Source of the DNA: Vulcanimicrobiales bacterium
Lineage (GTDB): Bacteria; Vulcanimicrobiota; Vulcanimicrobiia; Vulcanimicrobiales; Vulcanimicrobiaceae
Assembly: GCA_038231455.1 (NCBI GenBank)
Contig: JBBRLI010000001.1
Coordinates: 160,001 to 224,000, forward strand
Direction of reading: 5' to 3'
DNA: 64,000 bases
In this document: positions 36,294 to 47,460 of the stretch, piece by piece
How positions within the stretch are numbered: position 1 is the stretch's first letter
How the letters are laid out: each line of letters opens with the position of its first letter
Program-made: the position numbers and the translations under genes
The notes under the pieces: model-generated
The model's database searches: none
The model's input: only the letters and a program-made list of their open reading frames with translations
Told to the model about the DNA's origin: nothing

Positions 36294-36323
36294 GGGGCTG
36301 GTCCTTGTCTCATGATCCCGTAG

Positions 36324-36716
36324 CTACTGCGACGGGGCGTCCGGGTTTCGTTTGGCACGCGCCAAAATGTCGGCGGCTAAACCACCGCCGGAACGCGCGA
36401 TTGCCTCGAACAGGTCGATCGGTTCGACATCACGGTCCCGCGCCCACTCTTCCGCCATGCGGATCACGGATCGGACGCGTGGTGTCACGAGTATTCCTTC
36501 CCACATCCGGTCCTCTCCCGTACCAAGCGAGCGCTTCAATTCGGCGTGAACTTCGCTTGCGCCGGAACCGAGTGCCGCCTCGATCGCGGGGTCGTGTTCC
36601 TCGAGCAGGGCATAGAGCATATGCTCCGCGCCCACATAGTAGTGATTGTGGTTTCGGCACTCTTGTTCGGCGGCGCGTAAGACGCGCCGGGCAGCCGGAC
36701 TAAATCGAGAGAACAC
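36324..36716 (-). CDS. Stand-alone Clp protease N-terminal domain protein
   Basis: MFSRFSPAARRVLRAAEQE...HYYVGAEHMLYALL and TPRVRSVIRMA (Clp_N repeats). Confidence 0.8.
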   Translation of the reverse strand: MFSRFSPAARRVLRAAEQECRNHNHYYVGAEHMLYALLEEHDPAIEAALGSGASEVHAELKRSLGTGEDRMWEGILVTPRVRSVIRMAEEWARDRDVEPIDLFEAIARSGGGLAADILARAKRNPDAPSQ

Positions 36717-36737
36717 GCCTGCTTCTTAAAAATTGAG

Positions 36738-36767
36738 GGGTGTCTCCGGCGATTGCCGGAGACACCC
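36738..36767 (-). terminator. Intrinsic terminator downstream of tRNA-Pro
   Basis: Perfect 13-bp stem GGGTGTCTCCGGC/GCCGGAGACACCC with a 4-nt loop, followed on the minus strand by CTCAATTTTT. Confidence 0.75.
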
Positions 36768-36770
36768 AAT

Positions 36771-36847
36771 TGGTCGGGATGGCAGGATTTGAACCTGTGG
36801 CCTCTGCGTCCCGAACGCAGCGCTCTACCAAGCTGAGCTACATCCCG
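36771..36847 (-). tRNA. tRNA-Pro (anticodon CGG)
   Basis: CGGGATG/CATCCCG acceptor stem, CTGCG-TTCGGGA-CGCAG anticodon arm, GGTTCAAATCC T-loop and encoded CCA; 77 nt. Confidence 0.96.
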
Positions 36848-36947
36848 AATGCCCGATTGGTAAGGTCGGGCAAAGGATACGGGGTTCTCAGCGATAGTAC
36901 GCGTTCCTGCCGGGGAAGAACGCTCGACACACACGAAGCCGCCGCCC

Positions 36948-37625
36948 ATGAGATACCTCATCGTCGGATGCGGCCGGGTTGGGTCGACCCTTGCCAAGCT
37001 CCTCGTCGCCGAGAAGCACGACGTCACGGTGGTCGACGAAAATCCGTCGGCCTTCAAACGACTCGGCAAATTTCCCGGCAGCGTCGAGGTCGGGACGGGC
37101 ATCGATTACGATGTCTTAAAACGAGCGGGCGCCGAAAAAGCCGATGCGTTTATCGCCGTGACCGACGGCGACAACCGCAACGTTATGGCCGCTCTTATCG
37201 CGCAGCGTATGTTCCGCATTCCGAAGATCGTCGCGCGCATTTACGATCCGCCGCGCGGGCAAATGTATCGGGAACTTGGGATCGAGACGTTCTGCCCAAC
37301 GACGATCGGCGCGCAACTCATCCGCGACACCCTCAATGCGACCGACTTTGCAAGCGCACCGAAATTCGATTTTGGCAAACTCACCTCACTTGCCGCGACG
37401 GTGACGAGCAGCAACGCCGGCCGCCGTGTGGTCGATATCGAACGCGATGGCCGCATTCGCATCTCAGCAATCCGTCGCGGAAGCATCGTCTCCGTCGCGA
37501 CGCCCGCCGAAGTGTTGCGCGAGGGCGATGAAATCAACGCCGTCGTCTCACCCGAAGCGCTCGCAGAATTTGCGACGACGTTTCTCTCGGCGCAGCCGAT
37601 CGTCGCCGCCCGACTGACCGCCTAG
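36948..37625 (+). CDS. trkA: TrkA-family K+ uptake regulatory (RCK) protein
   Basis: IVGCGRVG, ADAFIAVTDGDNRN and C-terminal TrkA_C domain. Confidence 0.88.
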   Translation: MRYLIVGCGRVGSTLAKLLVAEKHDVTVVDENPSAFKRLGKFPGSVEVGTGIDYDVLKRAGAEKADAFIAVTDGDNRNVMAALIAQRMFRIPKIVARIYDPPRGQMYRELGIETFCPTTIGAQLIRDTLNATDFASAPKFDFGKLTSLAATVTSSNAGRRVVDIERDGRIRISAIRRGSIVSVATPAEVLREGDEINAVVSPEALAEFATTFLSAQPIVAARLTA

Positions 37626-37628
37626 CTC

Positions 37629-38315
37629 ATGTTCATCATCATCGTTGGCGGCGGCAAGGTCGGCACGTATCTCGCGCGCGGTCTCATCAAACAGCATCAC
37701 GAAGTTGTCGTCATCGAAAAAGATCCGAAGAAGGCCCAGATGATGACGAATCTCATCGAAGCGGACATCGCGATCGTTGGAGACGGCTGCGACCCGATGG
37801 TACTCGCCCAGGCGGGCATCGCGCGCGCCGACGTGGTCGTCGCCGATACCGGCGACGATGAAGACAACCTCGTGGTCGTGCTGATTACCAAAAAACAGTC
37901 CAAGGCGCGCTGTATCGCGCGCGTCAACAATCCCAAGAACAAGATGATCTTCGAATCGCTCGATACGGAGCAGCCGGTTACCGTCATCTCATCCACCGAA
38001 ATCATCCTCAATTACATCGATGACCAGCTCAACGCGACGGATCTCGAACCGCTCGCACGTGTCGGCAAAGGGGACTTGGAACTCGTTCAGATGGAGATTC
38101 CCGCCGGTTCGCCCGCGATGGGCAAACGGGTCGCCGACTTGCGACTGCCGCGCGGCTGCGTGGTCGTTGCCGTCGACCGCGGAGCCGGTGATGTGGTCAT
38201 CCCCAACGGCGACACAACGCTTGCCGCAGGTGATGGAATCATTGCGATGATCAAGCGCGAAGCGCGCGCCGATGTGCGCGCCGCTCTCGTCGGCGCGGCA
38301 ACCGTCGCGCCCTAG
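37629..38315 (+). CDS. trkA: TrkA-family K+ uptake regulatory (RCK) protein, second copy
   Basis: IVGGGKVG, TGDDEDNLV, ARVNNPKN and PNGDTTLAAGD motifs. Confidence 0.88.
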   Translation: MFIIIVGGGKVGTYLARGLIKQHHEVVVIEKDPKKAQMMTNLIEADIAIVGDGCDPMVLAQAGIARADVVVADTGDDEDNLVVVLITKKQSKARCIARVNNPKNKMIFESLDTEQPVTVISSTEIILNYIDDQLNATDLEPLARVGKGDLELVQMEIPAGSPAMGKRVADLRLPRGCVVVAVDRGAGDVVIPNGDTTLAAGDGIIAMIKREARADVRAALVGAATVAP

Positions 38316-38375
38316 TCGGCGCCTCCGGTGGCGTGATCGTCGGGTGAGATCACTTGCTATCAGGAGTTGCACTCG

Positions 38376-39188
38376 ATGATCCGCTATCCGCAGACCAACG
38401 CGCCGACGGTGAGCCCGTCGTTTGCGCCCGAGTCGCAGCCCGATTGGGCGCGCGGCATCTTTACACCGCCAAGAGCCACCGCCGACGGCATCGCAGCGCC
38501 GTTCTGGCGACGGCCACACACGGACTTACCGTCGCCGGGAACGCAAGTCGATACACCATTCAGTACCCAGGGCGTTTGGGGAATCTTCGCGCAGCTCCAG
38601 TCGCTCGTAGCGCAACTTCTCGCCGCGTTTCAGTCGACGCTCGCACAGCCGAGTGCGCCATCCGGGCAGCCGAGTTCGCCGGAACAGCAATTCCAGAACG
38701 TGACGCTCGGATCGACCGGAGATCCGCATCTTGCGGTCGACGGTGTAAGTGGCGATGGCAAAACCGACGTAAGCAATCACTTCGACTCGATGACCTCGCA
38801 CAGCGATCTTCTTCACTCGAACGACTTTGCGGGCGGATACGCGGTCAGCACGACGGTCAGCGCACCGGACTCACGCGGTGTCACGACGAACGACTCCGCG
38901 TCGATTGCACTCAATAACGGCAACGACACGGTCTCGATGTCAAAGGACGGATCGTTCACGATCAGCAGCGATGGACAAGCCTATACGCTTGCAAGTGGTC
39001 AGTCCATGCAGCTGGACGGCGGCGAGACGGTGACGCGCAATACCGATGGATCGCTCACCGTTCACGACCAAAGCTCATCCGGCGGATCGCTCTCGACCAC
39101 CCTCAAATCGTGGGGCGGCGGTGTCGATGTGAATGCGCAGGGCCAGAACGTCGACATCGGCGGTGACATCGTCAACGCGCGACCTTAG
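38376..39188 (+). CDS. Hypothetical protein with GDPH motif (MIIA/DUF1521-like candidate)
   Basis: AGGAG SD; disordered N-terminus, amphipathic helix, then STGDPHLAVDGVSGDGKTD and a Ser/Thr/Asp/Gly-rich beta region. Confidence 0.6.
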   Translation: MIRYPQTNAPTVSPSFAPESQPDWARGIFTPPRATADGIAAPFWRRPHTDLPSPGTQVDTPFSTQGVWGIFAQLQSLVAQLLAAFQSTLAQPSAPSGQPSSPEQQFQNVTLGSTGDPHLAVDGVSGDGKTDVSNHFDSMTSHSDLLHSNDFAGGYAVSTTVSAPDSRGVTTNDSASIALNNGNDTVSMSKDGSFTISSDGQAYTLASGQSMQLDGGETVTRNTDGSLTVHDQSSSGGSLSTTLKSWGGGVDVNAQGQNVDIGGDIVNARP

Positions 39189-39832
39189 ATCAAGCCGCGA
39201 CGCAGCGCCGTGACGGCCGCCTGCGTTCGATCGGCAGCAGAGAGCTTCTCCAAAATATCGCGGATGTGCCCTTTGACCGTACCGAGACCGAGATGCAATC
39301 GCGTCGCGATCTCGGTATTGCCGATTCCCTCGGCGACAAGTCGTAAAATCTCGCCTTCACGCGGCGATAGCGGAGAATCGGCAGCAGGCTTCGTCGCCGC
39401 ACCGGGTGCGCCCAAACGACCGAGCACGACGTGTGCGATGCGCGCATCAAAATAGGCACCGCCCTCGGACGCAATCCGAATCGCGTCGATAACGCCATCG
39501 GGCTTCGATGTCTTCACGCAGTACGCATCAGCGCCCGCAGCCAGTGCAGCGAGAATCTCGGTCTCAAGATCGTGCATCGTCAAAATCACGACGTGCGTCG
39601 GGATTTTTGCCGCCCGGATACGACGCGTGATGTCGATACCGTCGATCCCGGGCAAGCCGATATCGATCACCGCGACGTCCGGGTGTTCGCGCTCGATTAG
39701 CGCAAGGCCGGCGATTCCGTCGTCGGCTTCAGCGATCACCAGCATCCCGGGCGCGGCATCGATTGCCGTTTTGAGCCCTACGCGCGTGAGCGCGTGATCT
39801 TCGACCAGCACCACGCGTATCGGTTCAGACAT
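39185..39832 (-). CDS. NarL/LuxR-family response regulator
   Basis: VVLVEDH, DIGLPGIDG and LSPREGEILRLVAEGIGNTEIA..GTVKGH motifs. Confidence 0.92.
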   Translation of the reverse strand: MSEPIRVVLVEDHALTRVGLKTAIDAAPGMLVIAEADDGIAGLALIEREHPDVAVIDIGLPGIDGIDITRRIRAAKIPTHVVILTMHDLETEILAALAAGADAYCVKTSKPDGVIDAIRIASEGGAYFDARIAHVVLGRLGAPGAATKPAADSPLSPREGEILRLVAEGIGNTEIATRLHLGLGTVKGHIRDILEKLSAADRTQAAVTALRRGLI

Positions 39833-41405
39833 CGGCGGTGACCGGTAGCAGCGGGAGAGCAAAACCAAACGAGCTGCCGTGCGGCGAACGCGGCGCATAT
39901 TTCACGTGCCCGCCATACGCTTCGATAATTCGACGCACGATGTAGAGTCCGAGTCCCGTTCCGCCGCCTCGGCGCGAACGCCCATCACCAAAGCGCTCGA
40001 AAAGCATCGCTCGCACGGCTTCTGGCACACCATAGCCTTCATCATGGACTTCGAATTTCGCCATCTCGTCTTCGGCGGCGATATGCAGCGTGACCGTGCC
40101 GTTCTCGTGACTCCAAGTAATCGCGTTGGCAAGAAGGTTCGTGATTGCGCGACGAAGATCTCCGCGATCTGCGACAACGATCGGATCGGCCGACGCTTCG
40201 ATAGCGACCGTCACACCTTTCGCCGACGCGACGGAGTGCAATTCAGCAGCGATCGTCGCGGCGAGTTCGCGTAATGAGAGCGACTCGGGGTCGACACTCC
40301 GCTCGCCCGATTCGAAACGCGCCACCACGAGCAGCGTCTCGGCCAACCGCGCCAGCTCATCGGTCGCCGAAATGCTGCGTGCGACGACCTCGCGATACGT
40401 CGTCGGCAACTCTCCATAGGCACCTTCGTTTGCTTGGCGCAGCGTCATGCCGAGCGCGGCTAGCGGCGTGCGAAGATCGTGCGAGAGTGCGTACACGATG
40501 TCGCGGATCACGTCGCTTCGCTCGCGCAGCGCGTCGTTCGCCGCCCCAAGTTCGTCGTTTCGGGCGGCGAGTTCCGCAAACAGCTGCGCTTGTGCGAGTG
40601 CGATCCCGGATTGGTCGCTGAAACTGCGGGCAAGATCGATCGTGGTGCGGTCGAACGGCTCGACATCCGTCCGAACCGCGATCAGAACACCAAACCGCGT
40701 CTGCCGATCGACGATCGGTAAGAGCAGGGCCGTGCTTCCCTCGAGCGCATCGAGCACGAGTCGACCGAGCGCGTCATCCCGACTAACGACTAGTGCGTCA
40801 CCGTCGTCGAGAGCGCGTTGAGCGATCGACGCGAGTTCGGGTTGCAGCCGACCGTTCACAACGCGAATATCGCCGCCGCGCGAAGCGACGAGTCGAACCG
40901 TTTCGTCGGTTCGATCCGGCGTCAGCAGAAACTGCGTGCTGGAAACGGAGAGCGCGCGGAGCAACTCGCGCACGATCGAGCGTTGCACGATCTCAGTCGA
41001 GAGCGACGCGCGAATTTCTTCGAACGCCGAGCGCAGCGCGTGTTCGCGTTCGGCCTGAATCTGTTGTGCCGAGAGCCGTCCGACTCGCTCGGAGCGCTCT
41101 TGTACGGCCGTACTCAAGTAACCGACGAACACGATGGAGATCGCGGCGAAGAGTCGGTCGGCGACGCCGATGGAACTCCAGTGATAGCCCTCATGAACGC
41201 CGTTGACGTATCCGGCAATAACGTTCGCGATCAGCGCGCAGCAGACAAGCGCGGTCGTCAGGCGCCGACTTCGCGCGAAACTCGCAAGGACGATCGGCCC
41301 GTCGAGGAGGATCGCAACGACCAGCAGCTGCGGCGTAGCGATGTCGATCAGAAACACCGCCAGCAGCGCCGCAAAGCTGACGAACGGGATCGCACGCGCT
41401 TGCAC
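39825..41405 (-). CDS. Membrane-bound GAF-domain sensor histidine kinase
   Basis: N-terminal TM segments, GAF-like region, SHDLRTPL (H-box), NLLANA, DEGYG and GGTGLGL. GTG start 41405 inferred. Confidence 0.88.
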   Translation of the reverse strand: MQARAIPFVSFAALLAVFLIDIATPQLLVVAILLDGPIVLASFARSRRLTTALVCCALIANVIAGYVNGVHEGYHWSSIGVADRLFAAISIVFVGYLSTAVQERSERVGRLSAQQIQAEREHALRSAFEEIRASLSTEIVQRSIVRELLRALSVSSTQFLLTPDRTDETVRLVASRGGDIRVVNGRLQPELASIAQRALDDGDALVVSRDDALGRLVLDALEGSTALLLPIVDRQTRFGVLIAVRTDVEPFDRTTIDLARSFSDQSGIALAQAQLFAELAARNDELGAANDALRERSDVIRDIVYALSHDLRTPLAALGMTLRQANEGAYGELPTTYREVVARSISATDELARLAETLLVVARFESGERSVDPESLSLRELAATIAAELHSVASAKGVTVAIEASADPIVVADRGDLRRAITNLLANAITWSHENGTVTLHIAAEDEMAKFEVHDEGYGVPEAVRAMLFERFGDGRSRRGGGTGLGLYIVRRIIEAYGGHVKYAPRSPHGSSFGFALPLLPVTADV

Positions 41406-41466
41406 CGTGAGAATTTTCGCCCCCCGGCGGGGGCGGGCCTCGCCCAAGCGAACCTGAGCGATCAGC

Positions 41467-43581
41467 ATGGACGAGCGTACGGAACGGCCCAGCGCCGAGG
41501 CGCTCCTTGCCGAACTCGGGATCAAACCGCAGATCACGGTGTATCTCGCAAGCGCCCCGGGAGCCGGGAAAACGCGGCGAATCCTCGAGGATGCCATCGC
41601 TCAGTCGCGCGCCGGGAAACGTGTCGCAATCGGCTGGGTGGAGACGAAGAACCGCCCCGACCTCGACGCACTCGTCGACCAACTCGAACGGATCCCACCG
41701 CTGCGGCTCAAGGTCGGCGAGACGGAATTCGACGAGTTCGACTTTGCCGCAGCGGCCGAAAGTACGTACGAGACGATCGTACTCGACGAACTCGCCCACA
41801 CCAACCTCACGGGATCTACGAACGCGAAGCGTTGGGAAGATGCGCTTTCGTTGCGCGATCGATTCGGTAAAACGATCATCGGCGCGTTCAACGTGCAGCA
41901 TCTCGAAACGGTGGCTCCGGTCGCCGAGCGGATTATCAACTACCCCATCCGGGAAATCGTCCCCGTCTCGTTCCTCAAGTCCGCGGATCAGGTGATCGCC
42001 CTGGACGTGACGACAGCGGTCCTGGAATCGCGCCTCCAATCCGGCCGGATCGTGCGCGCCGACGACATCGACCGCGCCGCTTCAGGTGTCTTCAAACCCC
42101 AGAACTTGCAGATGCTGCGCGAGTTGCTGCTCCGCACCGTCGACGAACTCACCGTCCCGCTTGTGAGCGCGCGAAAAACGTCGACGGCGCTCGCGCTCGT
42201 GCCGGATACGAGCGATGCCGGCCCGTTTCTCAAACGCGTCCATGCGCTTGCCGACGCGCTCGATCTTGCGCTCGACGTCGCCGCGCCCGCGCGCATCGAC
42301 GCCGAGGCACTGGAACGCGCGGCCCGTGTCAACGAAGCCTCGGTCGTGAAGCACCCGGACGCAATTTTCGTAAACGGAAATTTTGCAGGCATCAAAGCCG
42401 GACTGATCGCTGTCCCCACCGGCGCGCTCGCGCGAAAAATTCTGGCCAGCATGATCGACCGCGATCTTTACGTCGTCGATCCGAATTGGCACCCATCGAA
42501 CGTCGCAGCTCAGGGCGCGCGCCATCCCTATGGTCAGAGTGCCGGCGACCGGCTGCGCATCGGGTACGGCAAATTGACGATTTACTTGGGCTCGGTTGCC
42601 GGGAGCGGTAAGACGTACGCGATGCTCGATCGCGCGCACCAACTCGTCGATGAAGGCGTCGACGTCGTCGCGGCGCTCGTGGAAACGCACGGACGTGCCG
42701 AAACGCTCGCGAAACTCGACGGGCTCGCGGTGTTGCCGCGCCGGCCGGATGGCGAGCTCGATCGCGAAGCGCTCGTCCTGCGCAATCCGCACGTCGCGCT
42801 CATCGACGAACTCGCCCACACCAATCCACCCGGCAGCCTGTACGCGAAGCGTTTCGATGAAGTCATCAGCATTCTGCGCCTCGGGATATCCGTCATCACG
42901 ACGCTGAACGTCCAGCATCTGGACGGTTTGAGCGATGTGGTGTTCCGGCTGACCGATCAGCGTGTGCGCGAAACGGTCCCCGATTCGATCTTAGAGCTCG
43001 CAGATGACGTCATCTTCATCGACGTTACGCCGCAAGTTCTTCGCGACCGGCTGCGCGCCGGGAAAATCTATCCGCGCGATCGCATCGAGCCTGCGTTGAA
43101 CAACTTCTTTCGCACGGAGAACCTCGCGGCACTGCGCGAACTCTCGGTCCGCGAAATGATGCGCGCGCGAGCCGAATCGCGCCCAGCTCCGCCGTTCGAG
43201 CGCATCGTGCTTGGCGTCGCGGCACGCGAACGCGATCGCGATCTTATCGCGCGCATGGGACGGCTCGCAAGCCGCTTGGAAATCGATCTGGTCGTCACCT
43301 ATGTCGCGGGGACGAATGATTTACTCGACGACCTGACCATCGACTCGCTCAGCCGCGCGGCGCGGGCACAGCGCGCGCGCTGGATCGTCACGCGCAGCGA
43401 CGACGTTGCAGCGGGACTCGTTGCTTTAGCAAAAGACGAGCGCGCCGTGCTTGCAGTCGAAGGAGCGCGCACCCGCAAACGCTTCTTCAATAACCGCAAG
43501 CCCGTCGCGCTTCGTGCGATCGAGGCGGGCGCGAGCGACATGTTCGTCCTCGCGCCTTTGGATGAACCTACGGGAACTTAA
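41467..43581 (+). CDS. Soluble KdpD-related protein with two KdpD N-terminal domains and Usp-like domains; no TM or kinase domain
   Basis: Two copies each of the Walker-A-like motif (SAPGAGKT, SVAGSGKT), DELAHTN, NVQHL and F..(Q/E)NL..LREL. Confidence 0.82.
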   Translation: MDERTERPSAEALLAELGIKPQITVYLASAPGAGKTRRILEDAIAQSRAGKRVAIGWVETKNRPDLDALVDQLERIPPLRLKVGETEFDEFDFAAAAESTYETIVLDELAHTNLTGSTNAKRWEDALSLRDRFGKTIIGAFNVQHLETVAPVAERIINYPIREIVPVSFLKSADQVIALDVTTAVLESRLQSGRIVRADDIDRAASGVFKPQNLQMLRELLLRTVDELTVPLVSARKTSTALALVPDTSDAGPFLKRVHALADALDLALDVAAPARIDAEALERAARVNEASVVKHPDAIFVNGNFAGIKAGLIAVPTGALARKILASMIDRDLYVVDPNWHPSNVAAQGARHPYGQSAGDRLRIGYGKLTIYLGSVAGSGKTYAMLDRAHQLVDEGVDVVAALVETHGRAETLAKLDGLAVLPRRPDGELDREALVLRNPHVALIDELAHTNPPGSLYAKRFDEVISILRLGISVITTLNVQHLDGLSDVVFRLTDQRVRETVPDSILELADDVIFIDVTPQVLRDRLRAGKIYPRDRIEPALNNFFRTENLAALRELSVREMMRARAESRPAPPFERIVLGVAARERDRDLIARMGRLASRLEIDLVVTYVAGTNDLLDDLTIDSLSRAARAQRARWIVTRSDDVAAGLVALAKDERAVLAVEGARTRKRFFNNRKPVALRAIEAGASDMFVLAPLDEPTGT

Positions 43582-44755
43582 CGAGCGTCTCGAATCCGAT
43601 CGTGTCGTTGTACGTACGCGTCAATCCGTTGGAGAGGGCGAAGGTTGACTGGCTCGAGTGATCTTTGCGCCCTTCGAGGCGCAAGATCACATTCGGGTTG
43701 AGGGTGTAAGCGAACGTCAGCGTTGCCTCTTTGAGAAGCTGGTCGGTACCGGTGCGCGAACCGCCCTTATCGGTGAACGTTTCAGCGCGCAGCGTCGCGG
43801 AGAGTTTCGGGGTGATGTTGTCGCTGATGTAGCCGGCGATGCCGTTCCACGACGCAGTGCCGATGCCGCCGGTTGACAGGGCGAAGTTCGTCTCGCTGCC
43901 CGAGTCGAAATTAATCACGGCCTGTACGTTGGGATTGAAGTGATACGTGCCCACGATATCGACGAGCGAACGCTTCCGGTTCGCCGCGGGATCGGCAACG
44001 GCGACGGTGCCGTTGTAGCCTTGCGCGGTGAGCGAGAAGGCCGAGGTCGGATTGAATGCAAGGCCGAGTTCCGTCGTCAGACGATTGTTATCGCCGTTCG
44101 AAGAAATCGTCTTGGTCGTGTCCCAGCCTTTGTTCAAGCCGGCGATCAAGCTCAGTTTGTCATTCGCGGCATACGTGAGGCGGCCGCCGGTGTGCGTGAA
44201 CGGCACGGCAAGACCGAAGAGAAACGAGCGCGAGAAATTGAGATTGCTCGGACTCTCGATCACTTCGGCACCGGCGAGCGTTTCGAACTTGCCGCCGATG
44301 AGTGTGAACTTGCCCTGCGTAAACGAGATGTACGCTTGCGTGACGTCGACTGAGGACTGCGTTCCGAACTTCGGATACGAGTTGATGACATCGGCATCAT
44401 CGCCGAAGCTGAGTTCGAGTTTTCCGCCAATCGGGCCGGTGTATGCGGCTTGCAAGTTGAGATTGTGGAACTGCGGACGCTTATCGACCGTGTCGAAGAC
44501 GCGGTTGCTGATGAGTCCGCCGCCCGAGATATTGCCTGCCGTATTCGAGACACCGGTCGACGCGGATGACGAGGTGATGCCGACATCGCCAAAACCGCTG
44601 AATTGGAACGCCTTTGGCGTTGGAGTCGGGCTCGGCGAGGGGGATGCGGCAGGCGATGCAGCCGGAGCGGGCGACGACGGAGCCGCTTGCGCCGATGCGA
44701 TCGCCGGTGCGCTGAAAACGATCGCGCTTGCGATCAGTGAGATGAGGAACTTCAA
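43568..44755 (-). CDS. Outer-membrane beta-barrel porin (DUF1597/BBP2-like)
   Basis: TTG start with AAGGAG SD; signal peptide and Pro/Ser linker; GKFETLAGAEVIE..N.NFSRSFLF...PFTHTG, LRAETF.D and LRLEGR.D motifs. Confidence 0.8.
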   Translation of the reverse strand: MKFLISLIASAIVFSAPAIASAQAAPSSPAPAASPAASPSPSPTPTPKAFQFSGFGDVGITSSSASTGVSNTAGNISGGGLISNRVFDTVDKRPQFHNLNLQAAYTGPIGGKLELSFGDDADVINSYPKFGTQSSVDVTQAYISFTQGKFTLIGGKFETLAGAEVIESPSNLNFSRSFLFGLAVPFTHTGGRLTYAANDKLSLIAGLNKGWDTTKTISSNGDNNRLTTELGLAFNPTSAFSLTAQGYNGTVAVADPAANRKRSLVDIVGTYHFNPNVQAVINFDSGSETNFALSTGGIGTASWNGIAGYISDNITPKLSATLRAETFTDKGGSRTGTDQLLKEATLTFAYTLNPNVILRLEGRKDHSSQSTFALSNGLTRTYNDTIGFETLVKFP

Positions 44756-44763
44756 TTTTCTCC

Positions 44764-45378
44764 TTATTTCGGGTGATACGCGTCAAGCGCCCCATTGAGT
44801 TCAAGCACGTTCACGCGTGGTTCACCTAAGAATCCCAAGGCGCGTGGAACGATGTGTGAGTTCACGAGCGATGCGACCACGTCATGAGGAAGATGACGAG
44901 CCGCGGCAACACGTGTGATTTGATACTGCGCCGCTTCCGGCGAGATATCGGGGTCGATCCCGGATCCACTGGAGGTCACAAGATCAATCGGTGGCTCTGA
45001 AGCCATCGAATCCTCTGCGTGTAATCCTCTAATAGTCACACGGGTTGCGTCTATCAACTTATGTGACGTTGGAGCGAGGTTCGTTCCGCCAGTTGCAGTA
45101 GGGTCGTAACCGTTCTTGCCTGCGGCAGACGGTCTTCCGTGGAAATACTGCGGCTTGGTAAAAAGTTGCCCGATGATTTGCGAACCGACGACGACGCCCT
45201 GCGCATTGCGGACGAGCGACCCGGCCGCCTGATGCGGGAAAGCGAACATCCCGATAAGCGTTATAACGGCGGGATAGATGAAACCGAACACCACGACCGT
45301 CGCTACGGTGTAGAGCAGCGAGGTGAGCAGATGCGAGAGCGTCGACTCGCGAGGCGCGACTTCTGTTGTCTGGGTCAT
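44764..45378 (-). CDS. kdpC: K+-transporting ATPase subunit C
   Basis: FPHQAAGSL, GSQIIGQLF..PQYFHGRPSA, DLVTSSGSGIDPDIS and EPRVNVLELN motifs. Confidence 0.95.
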   Translation of the reverse strand: MTQTTEVAPRESTLSHLLTSLLYTVATVVVFGFIYPAVITLIGMFAFPHQAAGSLVRNAQGVVVGSQIIGQLFTKPQYFHGRPSAAGKNGYDPTATGGTNLAPTSHKLIDATRVTIRGLHAEDSMASEPPIDLVTSSGSGIDPDISPEAAQYQITRVAAARHLPHDVVASLVNSHIVPRALGFLGEPRVNVLELNGALDAYHPK

Positions 45379-45381
45379 GGG

Positions 45382-47459
<2,078 letters not shown>

Positions 47460-47460
<1 letters not shown>

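Noticed and set aside
36771-36847. A.C mismatch in the tRNA-Pro T-stem as a sign of integration or pseudogenisation
   Set aside because: Single mismatch; the rest of the cloverleaf and CCA are intact, and no duplicated 3' end or integrase is seen.
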